Source: Chiloscyllium plagiosum
Taxonomy: Eukaryota
Direction of reading: 5' to 3'
DNA length: 53,815 nt
Assembly: GCF_004010195.1 (NCBI RefSeq)
Contig: NC_057748.1
Coordinates: 4,595,026 to 4,648,840, forward strand
Notes under the pieces: generated by a model
What the model saw: the letters and a program-made list of their open reading frames with translations, nothing else
The model's database searches: none
What the model was told of the DNA's origin: nothing
Part shown: piece after piece, positions 36,271 through 53,815 of the stretch
How the letters are laid out: each line of letters starts with the position of its first letter
How positions within the stretch are numbered: position 1 is the stretch's first letter
Made by a program: the position numbers and the translations under genes

Positions 36271-37209
36271 CAAGAATAGTATCTACAAGACATATATCAT
36301 GACAGGTTCTAAATGATGCGGTCCTTCTATTGGCTGTCCTGGCTGACAAACTGTTCTGGACTTCATTAGCATGGTTTCTTGCTTTGCCCTTCACACACAG
36401 TTGGGTTACAACTTGGACTTCTCACAGATTTGAGCTCAATCTGCTCACGTAGAACACAACTTGCACATATCTTTTAAAGGATGGGCACTGCTTTGGTGGG
36501 TGAGACAAGCCACATCTGATTCAAAGTTTGGTGGAGTTGTTCTACTAGCAGATGTTACTGGCTTGTCAGAATAGCTTTGAACTTGCTACCTTCACCTAGC
36601 TGTGCATTAATGGTACATTCTTAATGTTCGCCTAGAAGTGTTCGAAAAGGAGTCGATAGATGTATGGATAATGGCAAATTCCAAAACTCTTGCAACTAAA
36701 TCAGCTTCAGTGAAATCACTTCTTATAGCTCTCCTTCAAGCTCGAACTACAAACTGGCCCATCAATGCCCCTGGCCAGTGGCAGTATATATCAGAAATGC
36801 CAGAGGATGTTATCCTTCCCAACCCTGCAGTACCCAAAGCCAGAACAGGTTTTACTACATACTATTGTCAGTTAACCACTGATCCAAAATGTAAGATTGA
36901 TTTTTTCTTATTCCAACAAACTCTGACAGAACATCAATGGTGTGCCAATCCTTGGTTTATATTGTTGCTTTCCATCCTTTTGATCTTTAGATGGCAGCGT
37001 ATTTTGCTTTCCTGTATTTTTGTTGGCTTTGCTGCTGATGGCATCTATACCAAAAGTATGATTATATGGTAACAGCTCCTGTTTGCTGTCCCTTCCTTTG
37101 TTCTTTGAGAAAGAATGACTATTCTAAAGAGTAAGTGTTTGACTCCACCACAAGCTTGTTTGAATAAGTCTCCTGCTGCTCTGAGTTCCCTCTAAGGCAG
37201 AGGAGGGGT

Positions 37210-37860
37210 ATTATATAGCAGACAGACCCTATGGTCTAACTCCTCCATGCTGAGCAGATGTCCCAAGTTAACCTAGTCCCATTTGCCAGTATTTGGCCCA
37301 TATCCCTTTGGACAATTCCTGCTCATACCAACCCAGCTGCCTTTTAAATGTGGTGATTAACCCAACCTCCACCACTTCCTCTGGCAGCTCATTCCACCCT
37401 CTGACAAAGCTGCCCTTAGGTCCCTTTTAGTCTTCCCTCCCCCCCTCACCTTAAACTGATGCTCTAGTTTTGGGCTCTACTACCCTGGGAAATAAGTGAC
37501 TTGACTATTCATCTTAACCATGCCCTTCATGATTTTAAGAAGGTCACCCCACAGCCTCTGCTCTGGGACATAACTTCAGCCTATTCAGGCTCTCCCTACC
37601 ATTCAAAACCCTGACAACATTTGTAAAATCTTCTGAACCTTTTAAAGTTTAAAAACCACAGTATCTTTCCTACAGCAGGGAGACTAGAATTAAATTATAC
37701 CACTTTTGGAATACTGCTGTGTCATGTACAACCGCACAGCCCGACTCCTCTGTTCAATGTACTGAGCAATGAAAAGAGGCAATCTTCACTGTCTGACTCT
37801 TTCAAGGAAGAAACAGCAACTTGCACCCTCTAGGTCTGACTAGATTCTCCAGGGCCCTAC
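37210..37860 (-). mobile_element. CR1/L2 LINE 3' fragment
   Basis: The CR1 tail ctagtcccatttgccagtatttggcccatatccc...ccacttcctctggcagctcattcc is seen on + as the reverse complement. Confidence 0.75.
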
Positions 37861-38580
37861 CATTAGGTGATACAACTATTGGATTTGTCCAGTTTAATCT
37901 CACCCAGATTTAACATTTGCTCTCACCTAAAATGCACACCAATAGCTGGCCTACTTGAATAGGCTTTGCAGCGCACACAGTCATAGCAATCCTATCTCTG
38001 GGCTGGGTTCAAGTTCCACCTGCTCTAGGAGGTGGAATAATATCTGCACAAGCTGGTTTGTAAATCAAAAGCGAAAAGCAAAATTTCCAATCCAAAATTC
38101 ATACTCCAATTCCTGGATTTGGGGACCCAGTTACTTGAATTTTTCCCAGCTTTCCCCAATACCTCAGGTTTCACTGACTTACAATCCCCCCAACTCAATT
38201 GGTCCTTTTGAGAATATTTGGTCCACAAGCCATTCCTAACCCTTCACTGAAAAATGTTCCTTCCTTTAGGGCATTGTGGGTCCATCCAAGGTAGATGGTA
38301 GAATCCAGCAGCTCACCACCTTCCCAAGGGCAACTAGGGACCAGCAATTGTCAGGATGAACAGTGAAACCCACATCCCAGTGTGGCAATGTCTTAGAACA
38401 GAATGATCACAAGCTGCTGCACAGCTTCTAGCTAGTGGTAATCCAGAAAATAAGACAAAACCTAGTCCAATATGGAGCAGTTTATTCACACTTAGTACAG
38501 GACAGTGAGTTGCTTCTACAGAGTCTCTACAGGGCTCCCATTTTATACATATCACAAGCAGCTCACTCCCTGCAGTCAGT

Positions 38581-42654
<4,074 letters not shown>

Positions 42655-42865
42655 CTTCACTATTCCTACTCACTATCACCCAGACAACTCTAAAACTGAA
42701 TCATTCCCCCACAAGCTCTTGTATTTATCCTCCTGGGACATCCTGCACCCAATCAGGGAGAGATATCACCAATGATTGATAATCCCTGATAGCCAATCAG
42801 GAATCTCCCATCAATCCAAGCACTAATTTAACATAGGGAGTATGTAACAGCCTGAGCCAATCAGA
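42655..42865 (-). promoter_or_regulatory. Ferritin copy 8 promoter module
   Basis: gtatttatcc at 42721-42730, a caccaat...agccaatcag cassette, and a further agccaatcag at about 42855. Confidence 0.72.
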
Positions 42866-44962
42866 GCAGTGAAAAACAAGTAGCCTCCCATAATTTGGAC
42901 CACAGAAACAGGAAGAGGCCATTCAACCCCTCAAGTCTATTTCACCATTCAATTCGATCTTGGTTGGTTTGTATTTTAACTCTGTGTAACCAATCTTTCT
43001 TCCAAATCCCGTTACTCCCTTACTTAACAAATGGTCACCAATGTCAGTTTGAAGTGTTCAATTAAGATTTTGAGAGAGTGATGTCCAGATTCATGGTATT
43101 CTGTGTGTGAAGAAGGAAATGAAACCCCTGTGCTCTACTCCTTCACTAATGTCATTTCTAAACATGACTGTCAGGCCCTTGTACAGATCCTGGGAAAGAT
43201 TGATATAGTTTTGCTATTTGAAGAGATAGCCATTAGTTCTCCTCTATCTCCTACACCTTGACCAATTCCAAACCATTTCTGAAGGTTTCCTCCAATCCCA
43301 CATGCTTCACTTTCTTAGAATGAAGTTATGGACTCTTGTCTGCAATGGCATTTAGTTGCTGTGACTTTCCCCAAGTTGAGACTAATAGAATTCTCTAAAT
43401 CAGAGTTTCCCAATATATCTCAAGAAATTCAATCCTGGAGACAATGTGGAGTACAATTGCATTAGTGTTCTCCCATCTCTAGATAAACTGATACATCTCT
43501 CATCAGATCCAGAAGAGGTCAGTGCAAATGTTGAGATTATTTTGAAAGGTATTTGAAGACAAGATTTAACACTTGAAAGTTGGAGAGTCTCAGGATGTAA
43601 CCTGACTCTTTCTGCATTTATTCATCCTGGCCCTTGGAGAGAACAGGTGCAGGTAATAGTGCTCCACATTTGGTAACTCTTGTGAGGGACATCTTAACGT
43701 GATCAATGCTTGGCCACATAAACAGGTCAAAACAAAACCTCATCATTTTGTGAGCAGACGAAAGAACAGGAGACAGTCAGCCATTTGACCACTGCAACTG
43801 GCTTCACCGTGCGACAAGACCACATCTAATGTGGTTACAACTACGATAGTATTTGTAAATTACCGAGAGGGAGAAAAAGGTAGAGATCTCAAGTGGGGCC
43901 ATGAGTTAAAATTGAGGGAATTGCAAGTTCCAAGGCAGCAATGGAATTGGTGGTGTAACAGCTGTATCCCTGCTCTGAGACAATTTAAACCTCAAAACAA
44001 AGGTGATGACAGGGAAGAGCTTGGGAAGCATTGGAGGGAGGAAATAACTGGAGGATTTCCATCCAGCACCTACATTCAACTCCTGCACAAGAGTATGTCA
44101 GCCCACCAAGCACATGGAGAACTGCATTTTCAATAATCCAGTAGAATTGTGGAATGATTGTTAAGTTTCTGGTTCCTGTGAACTCAAAACACTGACCTCA
44201 GCCCACCTACTTCTGTTGACCTTTCACCTCTGCTATGAAGAGTCTACCTCAATCATTTGACACTTTCAATTCCTCAAGCGGCAAAAAAAAAAAAGAGTTT
44301 GATGAGGATAGCATAGAGGGATCATTACATTCAATCTAACCCTGTTCTGGGAGAGGCTGATAGGGATAGAACTAAGTGTTTTCTTACCAAGAAAAAAAAA
44401 GCAAAGCACAAGTGACTTTCACTTCAATAAAGGCAACTCCACTTTTATCCAGCATTATGCTGGACCTGTCCTGGGAATGTTTGGTAGAAAGTGTCCCAGC
44501 AGCTTTTTCTTAGCAGGAGTAGAGGGAGCTCCATCCTCTATCTAACCCCATACTTAGCTCAGTGACATGTTTCATAACATTGTATGTTAACCCAAGCCGA
44601 TTTAGACCATGATCCTAAAAACATCCCATTGCAATATAAAAAACACACTTTGATGCTGCAAAATTTGAGATCAACAAATGCAGAATTGGTAATTTTTCCT
44701 TAAACCCCCCCCTGCTTGAGTTTAGTTCAGAACAGCCACTAACACAATCACAGGAAACAGTGTTAGGTCAGGAAGGCCAAAAGCTGTTAAAGATTCCATG
44801 AATGCAATTTATACAGCTAGCAATCCTGGATCTGGATCCATTGCCAGGTACTGAACTACACAGCCATAAGTGTTTCAGATATTTATTTCCATATCCAGCA
44901 AGACAAAGCAGAACAGTTTACACTTCAACTTTGTGTTCAGTAGTAGGTGTTCCAAGTCCCAC

Positions 44963-47256
<2,294 letters not shown>

Positions 47257-47470
47257 CTTCACTACTCCTGCTCACTATCACCTAGACAACTTTAAAACTG
47301 AGCCTTTCTCCGATTAGCTCATGTATTTATCCTCCTGGGACACCCTGCACTCAACCAGGGAGTGGCAGCACCAATGATGATTGACAATCCCTGACACAAT
47401 CAGGAATCCCAATGATCCAGGGACCAATGAAGGGCATAGGGAGGAGTGAGATACCCAGAGCCAATCAGAG
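47257..47470 (-). promoter_or_regulatory. Ferritin copy 9 promoter module
   Basis: GGATAAATAC box and multiple CCAAT boxes; the central one is degenerate (acaatcag). Confidence 0.7.
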
Positions 47471-48404
47471 CTTTGAAATGGAAGCAGATTTGGATCATTC
47501 AGTGATTGTAACTGAGGAACAGGGGGAGGATGTTCAGCCCTGTTATGCTGTGCTGCCATTTAATGATATCATGGCTGGTCTGTTGCTTCCTGCCACTGTC
47601 CACATTGGCCCTGCATTCCCTTCACACCATTAACCAACAAGCATCTAACTATCTCAGATCTGAACAGTTTATTTGCTCCCAATGTTTCTGGGAAAGAGAG
47701 TCCAGATTTCTGATTCCTTTTCATGGAGAGATGATTCCGAGCAACTGCTCTGAATGGCCACATGATAATTACAGCATTCTACTCCTTGGTCATGGCGCAA
47801 TAATGTCTCTCCATCTGACTCCTCAAACCCATTCGGTATTTTCCAAACCTCGAGTATAGCCACCCGTTAATCTTCAATACTCAAGTCCACTGTTTGCAAA
47901 GTGTCCTCACAATTTAAGCCTTTCAGTCCTGGTATCATTCCGGTGAATCTACACTGTAGGGGGACAATGGTATTGTCACTGAGCCAGTCACTGAGAGGCT
48001 CAGATTAACACCATGAGGAAATGAGTTCAAATCCCACCATGGCAGCTGGATAGAATTTGACTTCAATTAATTAATCTGGAATACAAAGCAAGTCTCAGTG
48101 ATGGTGCTCACGAGAACAATTGTTATTTGTCATAGAAATTCATCTGGTTCAGTGATATCCTTTAGGGAAAGAAATCTGCTCTGGCCTATTTGTGACTACA
48201 GACCCACTGCAATGTTGTTCATTCTTGACTTGCCTCTGAGATGGTTAGAAACCTTTTAGTTAGCAGGGATTAGCCTTCCAAGTGACATACTCTTACATGA
48301 AATAAATTTTAAAAGCATGCTCCAAGGTCAATGTATCAATATTGAATACAATTCTCCAAATGAGGTTTGCCCAGCACCTTCCACAACTATAACACAACCT
48401 TCAT

Positions 48405-48910
48405 GGGTGATACTGTGGCTCAATGGTTAGCACTGCTGTCTCACAGGGACCAGGTTCGATTCCACCCTCGGGCAACAGTGTGTGAGGTTTGCACATTCTC
48501 CACGTGTCTGCGTGGGTCCCCTCCAGGTGCCCTGGTTTCCTCCCACAGTCCAAAGATGTGCGCGTTAGGTGGATTGGTTGAGGATGCGTTTAGGGCGAGG
48601 ATAGTTAAGGGCGGCACGGTGGCACAAAGGGTGACACTGTCTGTGTGGAGTTTGCACATTCTCCCTGTGTCTGCGTGGGTTTCCTTCCACAGTCCAAAAA
48701 CGTGCAGGTTAGGTGAATTGGCCATGGGAAATTGCCCATAGTGTTGGGTGCATTAGTCAGAGGGAAACAGGTCTGGGTAGGTTACTCTTCGGAGGGTTGG
48801 TGTGGACTTGTTGGGCCGAAGAGCCTGTTTCCACACTGTAAGTAATCTAATCATGCTCTTCAGAGGATTGGTGTGGACATGATGGGCTGAATGGCCTGCT
48901 TCTATGCTGC
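48405..48910 (+). mobile_element. Two nested V-SINEs (inner copy about 48609-48852)
   Basis: Two tRNA-like heads and two V-domains. The tail of the outer copy resumes after the inner aatctaatc tail. Confidence 0.75.
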
Positions 48911-49699
48911 CTTGTGATGAAGACTGTAATGCAATTAGCATTTTAAAATCATCTCTTTTGCTCTCTGCAAGTTTTAATAATTTCTGCACATAGGTCCCCA
49001 ACTCTCTCTGTGCCTGTTTCTCACCTAGCTCCTCCATTTCAAAACCACTCTGATTTCTCCGTCTTGGTCTTCCTCACATTAAATTCTATTGATCAATATT
49101 GTCCACTCGCTATATTAGTGACGTCTGCTTCTGTGTGGCAGAGGCAGGTTGAACAGAAGTGTTCAAGAGAGCACTGGGCAATTAAACAGGAACAACAGGC
49201 CAGGTGGCAGGGAAAGGGCAGGAGAAGGTAAAATGCTCAGAGAGCTGGTGCAAATGTGATGGGCAGAATGGTCTTCTTCTGCATCATGACAATTCTGTCA
49301 ATGATATTTACTAGCTCACCTCATTGGGAAACATGGATATGTATCTCTATTTCTTCATTGTTGTCATTTAGAAATACAGTATAATGAAAGGCTGAGATTC
49401 CTGGAGGAGAGATGACTAATCCCCTCCTGCCCATTGGAGTACACAACCTACTCCCAGTCTCCCATCTCTGAACCAATTCCTAATAATCTTGTGTAACAGC
49501 CTTACTCATTATGTAAGGTGTGTTGGTTTCCTTGGACTTTCTTTAGAGCTTCCTGATCTTCAGCTTTTCTGACTTACCTCCTTCTGAAATCATCACATTG
49601 GGTGGGGTTTATTGCAACCCAACTTTAACCCTTTCAGAACCAGTACCTTGCCAACATCAAGCAGAGTTCGACTCCAGTTAACAATAGACAATCCGATCC

Positions 49700-50065
49700 C
49701 CTCTCAGTCTCCTAAACTCAAGGGTATACAAGCCCAGTCGCTCCAGTCTTTCAGCGTAAGGTAGTCCTGCCATTCCAGGAATTGACCTCGTGAACCTACG
49801 CTGCACTCCCTCAATAGCAGAATATCATTCCTCAAATTTGGAGACCAGAACTGCATACAATACTCCAGGTGTGGTCTCACCAGGGCCCTGTACAGCTGCA
49901 GAAGAACCTCTTTGCTTCTATACTTACTCCCTCTTGTTATGAAGGCCAGCATGCTATTAGCCTTCTTCACTACCTGCTGTACCTGCATACTTACCTTCAT
50001 TGACTGGTATACAAGAACACCCAGATCTCTTTGTACTGTCCCTTTACCTAAATTGATTCCATTTA
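49700..50065 (-). mobile_element. CR1/L2 LINE fragment
   Basis: VKKANSMLAFITRG...EVLLQLYRALVRPHLEYCMQFWSP. Confidence 0.88.
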
Positions 50066-50503
50066 ACCAAGAAACTCTTCAGCATTCCTAAACCAGCCCC
50101 AATAACAGCATTCATACATTGATCCCAAACCTAAAGGGACTGACTGTCTTTCAGAAAGTCTGCAGTGAATGTGTAACCAGCAATACATTGTAAGGTAAGA
50201 TGTTATATGTGGATGTGTGCATGCTTTGGCTAATTACAAATATTTCTGCATTTCCTCTTCAAATTTAAGTCAAGACCTTGGTGACTAGATTTACTGTTTA
50301 TTGCATGTCAGCCTGTCCAAAGTAAAAAGTGCTTATGTAAATACAGCACTCCCCAAAATGGGACCCTTTAAGACAATCTTAATAAATTGCACACATTGCA
50401 TCCCCTTTGTCCCGACAGAGGAGTCTGAAGTAGATCCTCACAGAATAAGGAGAAACAGGATTATAGAAGTATCAGTCTCCCTTTTCCCAATTTCTGATAC
50501 ACC

Positions 50504-50712
50504 ATTAGATTCCCTACAGTGTGGAAACAGGCACTTTGGCCCAACAAGTCCACACTGACCCTCCGAGGAGTATCCCATCCAAACCCATTACTTGGCATTT
50601 CCCCTGACTAATACATCTAACCTACACAGCCCTGACAGTATTGGCAATTTAGCATTAGCCAACTCACCTTAACCTGCACATCTTTGGATTGTGGGAGAAA
50701 GCCCCCACAGAC
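50504..50712 (-). mobile_element. V-SINE fragment
   Basis: Reverse complement of the V-SINE tail and V-domain (cctgcacatctttggattgtgggag). Confidence 0.75.
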
Positions 50713-50947
50713 AGCTTACTTCAGACTGCATATGCTAAAACCCCTGTAGGGGTAGGGTAGGCCATTTAAGCTTGCTCCACCACTACTCAAAAGTTGCAAT
50801 CTCAATTTCCCCAATCAGGCCCTCACCCTCTTATCCCTTAAAAAGGTGTAAAAGAATGATAGATGCAAAGGAAGTCACTGCCACTATCAAAAACAGGATT
50901 GGTTGACAAACTGTCCCACTATGACATTTTCTGAGGGGCTGTCTTAC

Positions 50948-51447
50948 NNNNNNNNNNNNNNNNNNNNNNNNNNNNNNNNNNNNNNNNNNNNNNNNNNNNN
51001 NNNNNNNNNNNNNNNNNNNNNNNNNNNNNNNNNNNNNNNNNNNNNNNNNNNNNNNNNNNNNNNNNNNNNNNNNNNNNNNNNNNNNNNNNNNNNNNNNNNN
51101 NNNNNNNNNNNNNNNNNNNNNNNNNNNNNNNNNNNNNNNNNNNNNNNNNNNNNNNNNNNNNNNNNNNNNNNNNNNNNNNNNNNNNNNNNNNNNNNNNNNN
51201 NNNNNNNNNNNNNNNNNNNNNNNNNNNNNNNNNNNNNNNNNNNNNNNNNNNNNNNNNNNNNNNNNNNNNNNNNNNNNNNNNNNNNNNNNNNNNNNNNNNN
51301 NNNNNNNNNNNNNNNNNNNNNNNNNNNNNNNNNNNNNNNNNNNNNNNNNNNNNNNNNNNNNNNNNNNNNNNNNNNNNNNNNNNNNNNNNNNNNNNNNNNN
51401 NNNNNNNNNNNNNNNNNNNNNNNNNNNNNNNNNNNNNNNNNNNNNNN
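50948..51447. other. Assembly gap (500 N)
   Basis: Run of exactly 500 N, a placeholder-style size. Confidence 0.99.
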
Positions 51448-51617
51448 AAACACATGTTACAGGTAATGTCTTTTCTAATTATTCTGACCCACTCGACTGC
51501 TTTTCATGAGAGAGTCCTTCCATAGGATCAGCTTAATGAACCTTCTCTGGACTGCCTCCAACCCTTTTGTAGATCAGGGGTCAAAACTGTTCCCAGAACT
51601 CCAACTGTGGTCTGGCT

Positions 51618-51808
51618 AGAGTCAACAGTGTGGTGCTGGAAAAGCACAGCAGGTCAGGCAGCATCCGAGAAGCAGGAGAATCAACATTTTGAGCAAAAGC
51701 CCTTCAATCAGGCTTCATCAAGGCTTTCATAAGCCTTTTTGGGATTTTGCCCAAAACATCTATTCACCTCCTCCTCAGATGCTGCCTGGTCTGCTGCGTT
51801 TTTCTAGT
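51618..51808 (+). mobile_element. Decayed Penelope-type hairpin element (same family as 6887-7067)
   Basis: ctggaaaagcacagcaggtcaggcagcatc...gatgctgcctggtctgctgcgtttttctag forms an imperfect inverted repeat. The hammerhead core is eroded. Confidence 0.7.
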
Positions 51809-51896
51809 AGTGATTGTGAAAAGTGAGAATGGTGATGGATGTGAAAACAAAGATGCCGCAACGTTTTTGCATGTTTATAGTTTCACAAAGGCATTG

Positions 51897-52246
51897 AGCG
51901 GCAAAGTGGCTCATTGGTTAACACTGCTATCTCTCAGCACAGGGGGGCCCAAGATTCCACCCTCAAGCAACTGTCTGTGTGGAGTTTACACATTCTCCCT
52001 GTGTCTGCGTGGGTTTCCTTTTGGTGCTCCAGTTTCCTCCCACAGTCCAAAGATGTGCAGGTTATGTTGGATTGTTGATGGGAAATTGTCCCTCACATTC
52101 AGGGATGTGTAGGTAACTGGGTTAGCCATGGGAAATGAGGTATTACAGAGATAAGGTAAGAAGGGGTGTATGGGTAAGATGCTCTTGTAGGGGTCAGTGT
52201 GAATTCAATGGGCAGAATGGCTTACTTTCACACTGTAGGGATTCTA
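51897..52246 (+). mobile_element. V-SINE
   Basis: tRNA-like head, V-domain, and tail ending cacactgtagggattcta. Confidence 0.78.
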
Positions 52247-52962
52247 AGATGGATGACTGAAGATTGAAATTTTATGAATCATGTGGCATTTTTCAAACAC
52301 TTGAGACCAACATAAACAATGGGTAATTACAACTGCAATATCAACCAGGTTGGCACCCTTTCAGAGGGGTAATGATACAACCACATGGAGCAGAATGTAT
52401 AAAGATTAAATCATTGGGCTACAATCAGTGCAGATTTACACATTGTTAGTTGTCAACCGATTGCTGCGAACAGAAATGGTTGGAGAACATTTTGGGGGCA
52501 AGAATGGAATATTCAGCTCAGTCGTCTGGATTATTTCCTTAAATATACAAGGAACCTTCTTTTTGGAATTCCTGGAGCAGAATTCCTTTTCCTAATATCT
52601 TTACTGGACAAGAACTGAAAGATGTTATTTGATGAGCACTGTGGCCCGATATTAATTGGCTCCCTTACAAAAGGAGACAGCAATTATAATGAGGTTTGAT
52701 TGAGTGTAGCATGTTTTGGTGCTTTGAATCCAGAGACCTTGCACTGAGCTCTGAATGACCAATGAGGTCACAAATCATACTTCTTCACAACTGACAGACA
52801 TTCATCCAAACAAGTAAACAAAAAAGTACAATATCAAGCAGTTTATTTACAGTTGGCATATTTCACAATAGAGGGCAGGTCACAGTTTAAGAAAAGTAAC
52901 CTTACTCTACACACATTTCCCATTAATACCAAAGGTTACACAGCTTGCTCCCTGCAGTCAGT

Positions 52963-53714
<752 letters not shown>

Positions 53715-53815
53715 CTGGGAGGACAGAGAAAAGATAAGGGCTTCACATTCTACAGTTGCATTTGAGACACTAAATTTAGAGAACTGTGGTATCAGAGAGT
53801 TACTGTAATAAACCA

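Noticed and set aside
47257-47262. ORF-track N-terminal extension MKMASQ of copy 9
   Set aside because: It comes from a GTG alternative start in the ORF caller. The conserved ATG with a purine at -3 is at 47256.
50903-51466. Long ORFs of X residues
   Set aside because: Artefact of the N gap.

Overview
Vertebrate genomic DNA, most likely from a shark (inferred from V-SINE, CR1/L2 and Penelope repeat content; species not determinable). The window is dominated by a head-to-tail array of ten ferritin gene copies, all on the minus strand. They share the canonical 4-exon, phase-0 structure: 102, 147, 126 and 147 or 156 nt of coding sequence. Six copies are complete and intact (1, 3, 4, 7, 8, 9). 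Copy 2 is disabled by ATG>ATA plus a codon-4 stop, copy 5 lacks exon 1, copy 6 is a 3' relic, and copy 10 runs off the window end. The proteins keep the H-type ferroxidase residues but have L-chain-like C-terminal features. Each exon 1 follows a conserved CCAAT/TATA-like/Inr promoter that predicts a roughly 30-50 nt 5'UTR with no iron-responsive element. Exons are near-identical even at silent sites while most introns are unalignable or mosaic, pointing to exon-focused gene conversion plus unequal crossing-over. The left end holds a decayed ERV env and 3' LTR. Spacers hold LINE, SINE and LTR-element fragments, two Penelope-type hammerhead ribozyme motifs and a 500-N assembly gap. All alignments were done by eye; transposon boundaries are approximate.
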